Source of the DNA: Candidatus Bathyarchaeota archaeon
GTDB taxonomy: Archaea > Thermoproteota > Bathyarchaeia > Bathyarchaeales > Bathycorpusculaceae
Assembly (NCBI GenBank): GCA_963775465.1
Contig: CAVZIW010000001.1
Span: 352,001-416,000, forward strand
Direction: 5' to 3'
Length of the DNA stretch: 64,000 nt
Of this stretch, positions 49,052 to 59,664 are shown in pieces. The position numbers were made by a program, and so were the translations under genes. Within the stretch, counting starts at the first letter, position 1. Each line of letters starts with the position of its first letter. The notes beneath the pieces are model-generated. The model was not told where the DNA came from. It worked only from the letters and a program-made list of their open reading frames with translations, and ran no database searches.

Positions 49052-50768
49052 TTAGGTTTCAAGCGCTTTAGCAGATGCATTAGCGTAAAGGGAGCCGAAT
49101 TTGTTGATTAAGTCCTTCTGTGTGTAGATTGAAGAATGTAACTGGAAGAACTTGCCCATCCGATCAGTCTCCACCCCAATTCCTATCACGATTACATTCT
49201 TGTTCAGTAGGCCATCAACGCATTTTTTTAAGACAGAGGGCATATTTTCGTATCCGTTTGGCCAGCCGTCTGAAATGACAATTAAGCATCTTTGTTCTTC
49301 AAAGCGTTTGGCTAGCATTTTGCCTGCAACTTCAATCGCGTCTGGAATAAAGGTGAGTCCTTCAAACTTTAAGCCACCGATTCTTGCTCTTACTCTTTTT
49401 GAGTAGGATTCATTACTGGCTTTTAAGAGGTATAATTTGCTGCTAAATGCAAAGAAAGTCCAAGATGTTGCATCTAACATCAGCTCTTTAGCTGCTTCAG
49501 CAACTGCAATGGCTAATGCTCTTCCGTATTCGCCTTTGACCTTCATACTTGTGCTTACATCGAACAATATTGACCATGCGAAGCTAGGTTTTAGATATTC
49601 ATCCAATACAAATACATCTGTAGCCGGTTTATTGCTGGCTAATGATTGGATAACTGCCGTTAAGTCCAGTTGGCCCATTTCTTGGCGTGGGTCCTCATCT
49701 AAATAGTTAAAAGCTGATCTCAAGATATCTAGTAGCCGTCGACTTGCGCCTTGCACCAGTTTTCTTGCTCTTAGATATTGTGTGTAGTCTTCTTCTGGGA
49801 TTTCAATTGATTTAAACTTTGTAATTTCCAAGTAAGGTTCGATCTTTGATAGGATTTTTTGTTCGCGTTGTTTTTGATACCGATCTGAATTGAAAGCTTG
49901 AAGAGATTCAGCATCCTGCTCCGGTTTCCAGAGTTTATCAAGGTTATCAAAGCTTTGAATTGGGTTTCCCAATAGAGATAAAGAGGCGCGGAATATTTCT
50001 TGGAACGAAGGGTTGGATAATTCAATGCCGGTGTAAATGCTACATGGACCTAAGCTTTCTGTGTGACGAAATGATGGAGCTTCCAAAAATGGACCTAACG
50101 GATTGAGCAATTCTGCAATTTGTTTAAAGTTGTCATCAAAAATTTCTTCGGTAACTATTTTGTTATTGCGAATTGTGTCAGAGAAGACTTCTTCGAAGTT
50201 TTGTTACTGAATTGGCTATTTGGTCGATTATCAGGTCTTCCTCAGATTTTTGCTCAGTTTTTAAGGAATCGATCCATAGTCTTCTCAAGAGTGTTGTCAT
50301 AACTCTTGTAGCTGTTGTATAGATTCTTGAAGGCGACTTGATTTTTTGAAACGCCAAGGCGTTTGCATAAGCTATGTCCAATAAAGAATCGGGGGATTTT
50401 TCCTTGATATATGTATTAACGTAGGCATCGGTTATTAGGGATTTAACAAATGCTTCAACGTTTGAATCCGATTCTTTTGGACAAACCTTCTCTTTCGAAA
50501 AAGGCACTAACGTGTGGGTAGACAAATGGAGAATAGATGCTCTAAATAGTCTTCCAACTCTAAGTTTTCCTGCAGTATCATCATTAAATTTGTTGCCGAG
50601 GTACTCTATTAAACCATCTTCGGAAGATTTTGGAGTGGGAACCTTTATACAAAATCCTTCATCATCAGCCCTTAGTATTGGCTGGTCAATGCTGGCATCT
50701 TCGATTATTTTTACCTTGGTGTCGTCTTTCTGTAGTGAGGTCGACCAGGCAAAGTCAATAAAGCCCAA
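49052..50768 (-). CDS. VWA-domain MoxR partner (NorD/CbbO-like), split by a frameshift near 50200
   Basis: GQLDLTAVIQ, MIDAS DVSTS, GLT, VISDGWP; the upstream 196-aa ORF continues in another frame (NFEEVFSD...) into the 352-aa ORF. Confidence 0.8.
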
Positions 50769-50777
50769 AATAATCCC

Positions 50778-51800
50778 TTATGTTTTTGTAAATACGGCTT
50801 CGAGTATTCTTCTGACATCCGACTGGACTTCAACGTTATCGCTTGTTAAGCCGATTATCGTTTCTTCGGCTGCACCCATTGGAGTGTTGCCGTCCTTCAC
50901 AAGAGTTGCCCAGTTAATCAAGTCTCCCAAAGATGGACCATAGGGTAAATCACCAGCTTTATACTGTCTTCTTAACTCTGCCCCACCTTGAATAATCTTG
51001 TAGGCAACATCTTGGTCAACTTTAGTTCGTTTTCTCAACATCTCAACTTCATGCGGAGAAATCTTTTCGCCAACGCTTAAGAAGTCAAAGTTTATCCATA
51101 CTGCCATTCTTCTTCGCATAGCTGCGTTGAGGGGTTTTGTACCTGAGAATTCAGCTGTCGCTGGGTTCATGCTGATAATCATATAGCCGTATTTGTGACG
51201 TTCAATTACTTCACTGTCTTTTTCGTTAAGAACGAGGTGACCTCGAGTGTCCAAAACAGGGTTTAAACGGGTTGCAACATCCTGTTTCATCATGTTAGCT
51301 TCGTCAAGGTACATTATGCCACCCTTTCTGAGCCACTGTGTTAATAAGCCGTCGACCCAGTTTTCTTTGCCTAACCCAATGAATCTCCCGATCAAGTCGA
51401 AGCTGCTTGTGCTTAGACCACAGTTTACTTCCCAGATGGGCAAGCCGGTTAATTCGGCGACTAGGTAGACGATGTGTGTTTTTCCTGTTCCGGAAGGCCC
51501 GATTAAGCTACATTGCTTAAAATAATAAAGTGCTCGTACAATTCGTTCCACATAGTTTAGTCCGTGGTCTAGATATTCGGGCGTACCCTTTGGGATCATA
51601 TCATCTAGATGATTAAAGTTGAAGTTGGGGTGGAGGTCATAACGTTGGATGTTGTATTTTTCGTATAGAGGAGATTTGGACATCGGACGTTCTTTGTCCA
51701 AAGATACTGTGATCTTGAATTTGTCCTGTTTAAGGGAAGAGACCTCTCGGACTCTGCTTGCTTCAGCTTTCTCTTTGAGTCCTTGATGACCATAACTCAT
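50778..51800 (-). CDS. MoxR-family AAA+ ATPase (CbbQ/NirQ/NorQ-like)
   Basis: GPSGTGKT, DLIG, WVDGLL, YLDEAN, SMNP..F.GTKPLNAAMRRR. Confidence 0.92.
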   Translation of the reverse strand: MSYGHQGLKEKAEASRVREVSSLKQDKFKITVSLDKERPMSKSPLYEKYNIQRYDLHPNFNFNHLDDMIPKGTPEYLDHGLNYVERIVRALYYFKQCSLIGPSGTGKTHIVYLVAELTGLPIWEVNCGLSTSSFDLIGRFIGLGKENWVDGLLTQWLRKGGIMYLDEANMMKQDVATRLNPVLDTRGHLVLNEKDSEVIERHKYGYMIISMNPATAEFSGTKPLNAAMRRRMAVWINFDFLSVGEKISPHEVEMLRKRTKVDQDVAYKIIQGGAELRRQYKAGDLPYGPSLGDLINWATLVKDGNTPMGAAEETIIGLTSDNVEVQSDVRRILEAVFTKT

Positions 51801-52047
51801 TAATCGTTACCTCTATCTCGACAGTTGAATGTGAAAGTCAATAATAGATAAATGTTATTAATTACTACTCAATACACCGCTACCCTCAACCTCCAACCCA
51901 CCATCGAATCAAAACGGCAAACCTTACAAGACCATTATTATACAAGCACTGAAAAACAGGAGACCGAGGAAAACCCGATACTGTCTATACTTTCTGATAC
52001 ATACAAGTGCTTATCAGATAAAAGAGCTAACAAACGTTTGATAAACC

Positions 52048-52575
52048 TTGACTCAAGAAGCCATAATAAAAACTGAAACAGCTGAAATCGCAATGTCACA
52101 AGAATTCAAAAGCGCAGACAAGAAAAAACAGCTAAGCATACAAGAACTAATTGAATCCCTTAAAAGCACCGCAGACGACATTGGTCAAATAAGCGAACTA
52201 ACATCTGAAGAAAAGATGTTGGTTGCACAGTTTTTCACATCCCTACTAAAACTAATGAAACCGCTGACCCCCTCGATATCCGTTAGCGAATACGCACTTC
52301 CAGCCGAATTAGGCGATGCAGTCCAAGCTCACGTAGACCCAACCGGACATTTAATGATTCAATATACAGACGGACACGTAAAACTGGAAGACTTGAGTGA
52401 AGAAAAGAACCGAGATCTAATGGCAGCAGTAATAATCGACGTATTACCAAAATTCAAATCCTTAACAGCCGCTCAAAAACGCAAATTAGAAAATCGAATG
52501 AGAATGCTATCAACCGTAACAAAGGAAATCCAAAAAAGCGCTGACGCGTTGCCATCATCTTTAGTTCAAGAATAG
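52048..52575 (+). CDS. Hypothetical helical protein
   Basis: 175-aa ORF divergent from the MoxR operon; start may be ATG at 52093. Confidence 0.7.
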   Translation: MTQEAIIKTETAEIAMSQEFKSADKKKQLSIQELIESLKSTADDIGQISELTSEEKMLVAQFFTSLLKLMKPLTPSISVSEYALPAELGDAVQAHVDPTGHLMIQYTDGHVKLEDLSEEKNRDLMAAVIIDVLPKFKSLTAAQKRKLENRMRMLSTVTKEIQKSADALPSSLVQE

Positions 52576-52640
52576 ATTGTAAATTCATAAATGATTAAAA
52601 TAGAAAACACAATATTGATACAAAAACTGGAGAGGAAAAA

Positions 52641-52859
52641 ATGACCATGAATAATAACAAAACAAGAAAAGAACTCAAAACCAAAATGGCCAAAGCCCTA
52701 AATTACAAAATTAATAACCTCTCAAGCAGTATGAAAGAAATTCTGCTCGATGACTTAGTCACTGCCTTCGAAAGCAGGTTTGAGGTATTAAGTAATGCCC
52801 AATCGAATGTGAAATGTTATGTAGAAATGGGAGTCAAGGTTGCAAATGAGACGTTCTAA
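52641..52859 (+). CDS. Small hypothetical protein
   Basis: GGAGAGG SD; EILLDDLVTAFESR helix; overlaps the next gene. Confidence 0.65.
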   Translation: MTMNNNKTRKELKTKMAKALNYKINNLSSSMKEILLDDLVTAFESRFEVLSNAQSNVKCYVEMGVKVANETF

Positions 52860-53136
52860 ACTCGAAGTATACATAGACATACTTGAGGTCTTAGCACTTA
52901 GAGGCCCACTAAAACTGACACACATAATGTATAAATCAAACGTTAATTGCAGTGTACTAAAAGACCAACTAGAATTCCTCATCAAAAACACTCTAGTAGA
53001 AGAAAGAATTTTAAGAAAAGAAAAAGTCGTGTATGCAGTCACTTCAAGAGGGTTACAAATCTTGAAATCATTCAGAGAAATAAAACAAGTATTCCCAATT
53101 GAAGAAGAAAAGCAGCAATCACCCTTCTTCTACTAA
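52846..53136 (+). CDS. Archaeal winged-helix regulator (RRSKLE-type)
   Basis: MRRSKLEVYIDIL...THIMYKSNVN...L.FL....L...Y.VT.RG. Confidence 0.85.
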   Translation: MRRSKLEVYIDILEVLALRGPLKLTHIMYKSNVNCSVLKDQLEFLIKNTLVEERILRKEKVVYAVTSRGLQILKSFREIKQVFPIEEEKQQSPFFY

Positions 53137-53167
53137 ACCCCCACATTATCAAAAAGACTATCGACCG

Positions 53168-53557
53168 TTAATTCTTATTTTCAAGAATACTTGAATCGCA
53201 ACCGCATTCAAGATTATTATCTTCACTGCCCTTCTCAGCCTTCTTTCTAAAGTTTCTACAAATTGACTTCAAAGAACCCAAAGTATATTCAAGGACAGCT
53301 TTTCCATCAACAGTTATTTGATAAATCCGCTGAGGTCTTCCAGTATTCATGTTCCAAGAAGACTTCAAAAACTTGTCTTGCTCCATCTTATTTAGAATTG
53401 GATAAATGGTACTTGCCCCAAACCTCACGCCGAACGAACGCCGTATTATCGATAATATTTCATATCCGTGCTGGGGCTCAGTGTTAAGTATCTGCAGAAT
53501 TATTGGGCAAAGCAGATTCTTAGTCAACTTAACCTGAATGGATCGATTAGTACTCAT
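53168..53557 (-). CDS. PadR family transcriptional regulator
   Basis: PQHGYEI, STIYPILNKME, RIYQITVDG. Confidence 0.9.
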   Translation of the reverse strand: MSTNRSIQVKLTKNLLCPIILQILNTEPQHGYEILSIIRRSFGVRFGASTIYPILNKMEQDKFLKSSWNMNTGRPQRIYQITVDGKAVLEYTLGSLKSICRNFRKKAEKGSEDNNLECGCDSSILENKN

Positions 53558-53880
53558 TTCTCTTTCCGCTCCTGAGGAAAAAAGAAAATTACGCCTTTCT
53601 CAAACTATTCCCTCATAAGATATCATACACTAAAACAATTTAAAACCTTCCACATACCAAATACATACCAAAACAGAAAAAAATCAACAATTCAAACAAA
53701 AATACATGGATAAAAAGACACGATTCCCCCAACAAGCAGCTAAAAAGAATTCGTACAACACAAAAACATAAAAATTCAACAACCACGACAAAACCGCATC
53801 TAAAAACAACCAAACCCCAAAAACTTCAAAAAAACAGTTTTTTCTTCCACCAGCTTACACCATCATTCTTAGCTAGACTG

Positions 53881-55572
53881 CTACAAATAAGCCTCAGTTA
53901 CATACCTACGCATCATTCTATGACTGTTAAAATAATATGCAATTTTGCCAATAGAATTCTTCATCAACTTAATCCACTCATCGTGCCTATCATAGAACGT
54001 TGGAATCAAAACATACTCAAGCTTATTATAGAGATCCTCAGTTTCCTTAGAAAAAAATGGTGTATCGTTTATGTTTTCAATAGAGTGCGGACCAATAGCC
54101 CAACCGGTAAGGTTTTCGATCCAACCCTCAATCCACCATCCATCAAGAACACTAAAATTTAGAACCCCATTGTGAGCAGCTTTCATTCCACTCGTACCAG
54201 AAGCCTCCATCGGTCGCAGCGGCGTATTAAGCCATGCATCCACACCCGAAACCATCTTTGACGCGATGTCCATGTCATAATTTTCTAAATAAACAATTTC
54301 AACATCATTTTTAAGCTGCTTAGCAAAACTGAAGATTTGCTCTACAAGCCGCTTCCCACCTTCATCTCGAGGATGAGCCTTGCCCGCAAAAATTGCCTGA
54401 AACTTACCTTTTCGACTAATCGTACGCAACCTATCAAGATTAGAAAACAACAAAGTCGTTCGTTTATACTCGGTTGCTCTTCTCGCAAACCCCAATGTAA
54501 ACACATCAACATCTAAAGTAGCGTTCACAGCTTTGTTTGCAAAATCCAATAATGCCCTTTTTTGTTCGACGTGAGCCTGCCAAATCTCACAGTCAGGAAT
54601 AATGTCAACCTTTGCCAGAAGTTCAGGTTCAATCGCCCAACCAGGCAAATATTTATCAAAAATCTTTCTAAAACTCTCCCCAGTCCAAGTAAAAGAGTGC
54701 ACACCATTAGTTACCGAGTGAATTTCATACCCAGCAAACATTCGGCTTGACACTTGTTGGTGACGCTTAGCAACCCCATTAACATAGTTACTCAAATTCA
54801 AAGCAAAAAGAGTCATGTTCAACCGATCTGAGCCACCATACTGTCTTAACGCATCAATATCTCCCCCATCAAGCACTTCAGCAACCAAATCATAGCTGAA
54901 CTTGTCATGTCCAGCTTCTACAGGCGTGTGAGTTGTAAAAACGCAGAGCTCACGCACTTTATCAACATCCATACTGTTTCTACGCAAAAGCTCCAACGCC
55001 AAAAGACTCGAATGCCCTTCGTTCATGTGATACTTGCGAACTTTAAACCCAAGAGCATCAAGCATCCGAACGCCACCCATACCCAAAATAACTTCTTGCT
55101 TTAAACGGTATTTCTGGTTTCCACCATATAGATAGAAGGTAATTTCGCGGTCTTCAGGAGAGTTTCCTTCAATATCAGTATCCAAAAACAGTACAGGAAC
55201 AACCCCGCCTGTTACGCTCTTGTATTTGTAGAGCCAAGCCTTAACTTTAACATCTCGACCTTCAACTTTCACATCAACTTCATTAGGAAGTTGAACCATC
55301 AGTTTTTCAGGAAACCACTCGTTAGACTGCTCAGTTTGCCTACCATTAGCATCCAGTTTTTGCCTAAAATAATTCCGTTTACTAATCAACGTAACAGCAA
55401 CAAGAGGAAGTTTCAAGTCCGCAGCCGAACGAATCGCGTCACCTGCAAGGGTACCCAATCCACCCGCATAAGTAGGGATTTCATTCGTTAAACCGATTTC
55501 CATCGAAAAATACGCTATTTTCTGACCTTTTAGCACGCCTTGTAACTCATCCAAACTGTTCTCTCCCCCCAA
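53881..55572 (-). CDS. glgP: Alpha-glucan phosphorylase
   Basis: YFSMEIG, YAGGLG, HMNEGH, FTTHTP, ARRATEYKR, EASGTSGMK (PLP lysine). Confidence 0.95.
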   Translation of the reverse strand: MGGENSLDELQGVLKGQKIAYFSMEIGLTNEIPTYAGGLGTLAGDAIRSAADLKLPLVAVTLISKRNYFRQKLDANGRQTEQSNEWFPEKLMVQLPNEVDVKVEGRDVKVKAWLYKYKSVTGGVVPVLFLDTDIEGNSPEDREITFYLYGGNQKYRLKQEVILGMGGVRMLDALGFKVRKYHMNEGHSSLLALELLRRNSMDVDKVRELCVFTTHTPVEAGHDKFSYDLVAEVLDGGDIDALRQYGGSDRLNMTLFALNLSNYVNGVAKRHQQVSSRMFAGYEIHSVTNGVHSFTWTGESFRKIFDKYLPGWAIEPELLAKVDIIPDCEIWQAHVEQKRALLDFANKAVNATLDVDVFTLGFARRATEYKRTTLLFSNLDRLRTISRKGKFQAIFAGKAHPRDEGGKRLVEQIFSFAKQLKNDVEIVYLENYDMDIASKMVSGVDAWLNTPLRPMEASGTSGMKAAHNGVLNFSVLDGWWIEGWIENLTGWAIGPHSIENINDTPFFSKETEDLYNKLEYVLIPTFYDRHDEWIKLMKNSIGKIAYYFNSHRMMRRYVTEAYL

Positions 55573-55673
55573 TAGAAGTAAATGTTAATTTGATTTTGCA
55601 CGCGCTTAATATCTACCTTTCCATAAAATAATGCATATTAAATCTATGAAAGCTCAAATAAACCAAAAAAAGG

Positions 55674-56813
55674 TTAAGACGAAGGCTCAGGACGAGTGCC
55701 CAACGTAACAGTCAACTCAGTTGGAACATTTTCCCTCATCACCGTTAGATCAATGTTGTCACCTGGCAACGTGTACTGTTCCAGATAGCTAGCTAAGTTA
55801 TCATTGTTTTTAATAACAGTCTGGTTCATAGCGATAATAATGTCATCAACATGGAGCACACCATCTGAGGGTCCACCGCTCACTATAGTTTTTATTTGCC
55901 AACCATAAGTCACACTTGAATGAGCTTGTTTAGCTAAAGCGTAATCCATGTCTTGTCCCGTCACACCCAAATACGAATGCCCACTATAGTGACCCGAGGA
56001 AATTAACGCTGATATTTCCCTAAGTATAGTATCTGACGGGATAGCAAAACCTAACCCTTGAGATTCAGAAACAATCGCCGTCGTAATACCTACAACGTTA
56101 CCGACAGCGTTAAGCAAGGGGCCACCAGAGTTTCCAGGGTTAATCGGAGTACTTGTCTGAATGATGTTTGCAATAGCAAAGCCTCCAGCTGTATCTTCCT
56201 GAATCGTTCTTCCTGTTGCACTAACAACTCCCGTAGTTAAAGAACCAACCAATCCATAGGGATTCCCGATAGCAATAACGGGTTCACCCACACCCAAAGA
56301 AGAAGAACTAACAATAGTTACTGGCTTAAACGCCGAATCAGGGGCACCACTTACAGAAACCACAGCCAAATCAGAATAAGGATCAGTTCCAAGAACCGTA
56401 GCTCCGTAACCTTGTCCATCTGAAAAGGTAACACTTAAACTGGTTGTGTCTTGAACAACATGATAGTTAGTTAAAACAACATTTCTGCCAGCAAAATTGT
56501 AGACAAAACCAGAGCCCTGCACACCACCATCGCTAGTTTCACCTTGAACTAAAACTATCGAATCCCGAAGATTCGTGTAAATTTGTGCATAAGAAGTCTC
56601 ATTCTGCAATATGGTAATGTTCTGATAAGTGGCATTCTGGAACCCTTGCAAATCTGAAAATTCATTTTGCAAGAGTGAAAGTTTACCATTCAATGTTGCT
56701 ACCTGATGGTAAGAAACAAAGTAAACAAGTAGTCCTCCAACTAGCACTCCCGCAACAAACAGAAGCATGAAGATACTAACTGAAGCTTTGCCATAGCCCT
56801 TGGATGCAAACAT
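55674..56813 (-). CDS. HtrA/DegP-like serine protease with PDZ domain
   Basis: N-terminal TM; catalytic TNYHVV, SDLAVV, GNSGGP; C-terminal PDZ; start uncertain. Confidence 0.93.
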   Translation of the reverse strand: MFASKGYGKASVSIFMLLFVAGVLVGGLLVYFVSYHQVATLNGKLSLLQNEFSDLQGFQNATYQNITILQNETSYAQIYTNLRDSIVLVQGETSDGGVQGSGFVYNFAGRNVVLTNYHVVQDTTSLSVTFSDGQGYGATVLGTDPYSDLAVVSVSGAPDSAFKPVTIVSSSSLGVGEPVIAIGNPYGLVGSLTTGVVSATGRTIQEDTAGGFAIANIIQTSTPINPGNSGGPLLNAVGNVVGITTAIVSESQGLGFAIPSDTILREISALISSGHYSGHSYLGVTGQDMDYALAKQAHSSVTYGWQIKTIVSGGPSDGVLHVDDIIIAMNQTVIKNNDNLASYLEQYTLPGDNIDLTVMRENVPTELTVTLGTRPEPSS

Positions 56814-56863
56814 TCGATTCGCCTTCAAAAAGAAGAGCAAATAATGAAGATAAAAGTTGCTGT

Positions 56864-57865
56864 TTATCTTCGATCGATAAGATCCAAAGCTCCAGGTCCG
56901 GTACCGATAAAAACTATGGGAATGCCAGTTCGGGTTTCAACTTCTTTGATGAAGTCTTTTGCTTCATTAGGCAAATCACCATAATTTCTTGCGCCCCTAC
57001 AGCTTGGGTAGATAATGTCAAGCTTAGTCAGGGCACCTTTTGTAGCACCATTTATCTTGGCTGTTTTCTTCGCCAATTCAAAATCAAAAGGCGCACTACG
57101 ACGTTCCCTACCTGTTCCAGCTGCTACCTCAAACCAACCACGCTTCTGCGCTTCTTCTTTAGTTATCTCACCCGGCAAAGGTCCAGCACCAACTCTAGTT
57201 ATAAACGATTTAAAAACGATTATTACATCATCAACTCTGGTGGGTCCAACACCTGCTTCTGAAGCAATAGCTGAAGCCCCTGTATCTCGACTTGTCACAT
57301 ATGGGTATCCTCCACTCAAGAAAAGAGATAACATAAAACCCTGAGTTCCTTCCAGAAGAACACTTTTGCCTTCATCCAGACCTTTGTTAACTTCAGCAAC
57401 TTGATCGCAAATATACGGCTTTAGTTCAGGCATGTCTTTGGCAAGTTTAGCAGTGCGTCTAACACGTTCCTCAATGGCAGGCCCAACTCCCCAGCCAGTA
57501 GTTCCAATACCTTTGTTGACAGCGCTCGCTTTGTCCTGGTCACTATGCTTCTGTTCAATAATAGAGGCATTTTGGTCTATACCAACAAGCTTTGCATCAG
57601 CCTTAGTAAGTTCCATCTCTTTGAAGAATTGACCTACATGAACGTTTGCGCCGGCTGCAACTAAAAGACGCGTTTTTGGGTTTATAAAAGCAGCAGGAAC
57701 CATGTGAAGAGCATATTTCTTACCTTCATACCAAATGGTATGAGCCGCGTTCACAGAACCAGTACGGACACAAAAATCAAGGTTATCTTTCAGAGCTAAA
57801 TACGAGATAATTTTTCCTTTACCTTCATCTCCCCAGAAGGCACCAACAATTATTGAACAAGGCAT
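56864..57865 (-). CDS. purA: Adenylosuccinate synthetase (short archaeal form)
   Basis: GAFWGDEGKGK, EGTQG, YPYVTS, TRVGAGP, GTGRERR, TKLD. Confidence 0.96.
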   Translation of the reverse strand: MPCSIIVGAFWGDEGKGKIISYLALKDNLDFCVRTGSVNAAHTIWYEGKKYALHMVPAAFINPKTRLLVAAGANVHVGQFFKEMELTKADAKLVGIDQNASIIEQKHSDQDKASAVNKGIGTTGWGVGPAIEERVRRTAKLAKDMPELKPYICDQVAEVNKGLDEGKSVLLEGTQGFMLSLFLSGGYPYVTSRDTGASAIASEAGVGPTRVDDVIIVFKSFITRVGAGPLPGEITKEEAQKRGWFEVAAGTGRERRSAPFDFELAKKTAKINGATKGALTKLDIIYPSCRGARNYGDLPNEAKDFIKEVETRTGIPIVFIGTGPGALDLIDRR

Positions 57866-58023
57866 AACGATTCACCTTTTGAACAGTCAGATTAAGAATT
57901 ATTTAAAGTATTAGGATTCAGCTTTGAAAAGAAAACAAATGAATTCCCTATAGAAACAATTCAACAAAACAAAAAATCGGCTAAAGCACAATAAACTTGC
58001 AGCGTCTGCAACAAATGTTCAAG

Positions 58024-58404
58024 TTAATGACGCCTTTTGACAGCTTCGGAATCAATTTCTGAAAGCAATTTTATTACCCTCTTTCCTTTTTGGCTTTTTT
58101 CTTGTTCCGATATCGTATTTCTGGACTCGCAAATGCTATCTAGAATAATTCCGTTTTCCTCGTCAAGAATAACTGGATAAACTCTGCAACCCGAAGGCCT
58201 ATCAGCATAAACGCGGCATTCGTGTTTTATAAGATTATAAAAGATGCAATATCCGTCCAAGTTTTTGAGCTGTGCATAACCTTGTTTATCATACTTGGCA
58301 AATTGCTTTCTGCTGTAACCTTTTTCTTCCAAGCGTTTAATGTCTTTTTTTGAGAGTAACATTTCTGTTTCGGTACAGCATACTCCACAGTTTGAGCAAC
58401 GCAT
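58024..58404 (-). CDS. YkgJ family CxxCxxCC cysteine-cluster protein
   Basis: CSNCGVCC...CIFY...CRVYADRPSGCRVYP. Confidence 0.9.
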   Translation of the reverse strand: MRCSNCGVCCTETEMLLSKKDIKRLEEKGYSRKQFAKYDKQGYAQLKNLDGYCIFYNLIKHECRVYADRPSGCRVYPVILDEENGIILDSICESRNTISEQEKSQKGKRVIKLLSEIDSEAVKRRH

Positions 58405-58458
58405 GAACCATAAAAATACGCGGTGATATTTGTCCTTTGTCTGGTCTATGCCAGCTTT

Positions 58459-58707
58459 TTAAGCCGAAATGTGCATTAAACTAACGTTGAGCATTTCAGC
58501 CCAAGCGATACTTCGCATCGGTATACGGGTACTTCTGCGCTTTTTAGGAGGAGCATATTCGATTTGATTGTTGTTTTTCCCCGCCACTTTGTGCAGTTTG
58601 GTTAATTGAACATTAACGATAACTGAACCGTCTTTTAAATGCAGATTTACGTTTTTCCCTATGAAAGATTTTGCACTACTAACACTAAAATTATCCATAC
58701 TTACCAT
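58459..58707 (-). CDS. Small protein with possible Sm/LSm-like fold
   Basis: SFIGKNVNLHLKDGSVI resembles the Sm1 motif; RIPMRSIAW resembles Sm2. Confidence 0.6.
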   Translation of the reverse strand: MVSMDNFSVSSAKSFIGKNVNLHLKDGSVIVNVQLTKLHKVAGKNNNQIEYAPPKKRRSTRIPMRSIAWAEMLNVSLMHISA

Positions 58708-59015
58708 TCCTCGTCTTCGTCTGCAATCTTAATCCAGCATTGTTGACAAATAGGCAAGTTTTCACCTTTTAATTGAATATACAGCTTTATGTTTTCATTC
58801 TTGCAGGATCCTTTCCAAGGGTTTTTACAATGCTCCAATTTTTATTCCTCAAAAAACCAATGTGATGTTTTTGCTCTTAAAGCACACCTTAGAAAGACTG
58901 CTACATGCAGAGGAGAGCTAGCTGAAAGTAAAATCTATAAGAGCAAAATGGGTTCTACTTTTAGAGCTAAAAATAGCTCAATCGATTCAACAACCTATTG
59001 ATCTTCTGCTACTGG

Positions 59016-59558
59016 TTAAAGCTCAATTATCTGTGGCATAATGGATTCTTTTGTGATTTTTAAGATGGCAACTGAAGGCTTGTTCGTAATTGATGCCGGA
59101 TCAGTTGGGCTGCCTGGGTTAATATAAAGGATTTCTTCTTCCCAAGTGATATTTGCTGCATGCGTATGACCATAGACAAAAACGTTAAAAGAGTTTTGTT
59201 TAGTTATTTCCCGCATCTTGCCGAATCCTGAATGGATATCTGGATCATGCATTACGCCTATTTTCATATCAAAAACTTTAAGCTGATTGAGTTTTGGCAG
59301 AGCACCCATCGTTTCCATGTTATCCATGTTACCGTGAACTGCTAAAACTGGCGCTATCTGTTCTAATTCATCAACAACAGTTAACTCAACCAAATCACCT
59401 GCATGAATAATGTAGTCAATATTCTGAAAAATCTCAAAAACTTTTTCGGGAACTTTTAGAGCTCTTTTTGGAACATGCGTATCAGAGATTAGACCAATAG
59501 TTTTCGTAACTTTGAAGTCTGGGGGATCTTTACCTATTAACGCTTGTCCATTGAGCAT
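59016..59558 (-). CDS. Metallophosphoesterase (YfcE/MJ0936 family)
   Basis: SDTH, HAGD, GNMD, GHTH, NPGS. Confidence 0.93.
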   Translation of the reverse strand: MLNGQALIGKDPPDFKVTKTIGLISDTHVPKRALKVPEKVFEIFQNIDYIIHAGDLVELTVVDELEQIAPVLAVHGNMDNMETMGALPKLNQLKVFDMKIGVMHDPDIHSGFGKMREITKQNSFNVFVYGHTHAANITWEEEILYINPGSPTDPASITNKPSVAILKITKESIMPQIIEL

Positions 59559-59664
59559 GTTACTTTTTGCCTCTTGATTAGGCGAATTATAGTATGCATT
59601 ACGAGGGTTAGTAATAAAAACTAAACTATCAAAAAAATAAAAATGGTTGTAGAAATTCGAAGAA

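Noticed and set aside
50778-51800. GvpN/gas vesicle cluster or RuBisCO activase
   Set aside because: No gvpA or RuBisCO gene in the window; only the MoxR-family assignment is supportable.
53580-53870. A/C-rich intergenic tract
   Set aside because: Low-complexity strand skew without a repeat unit, stable structure or ORF.
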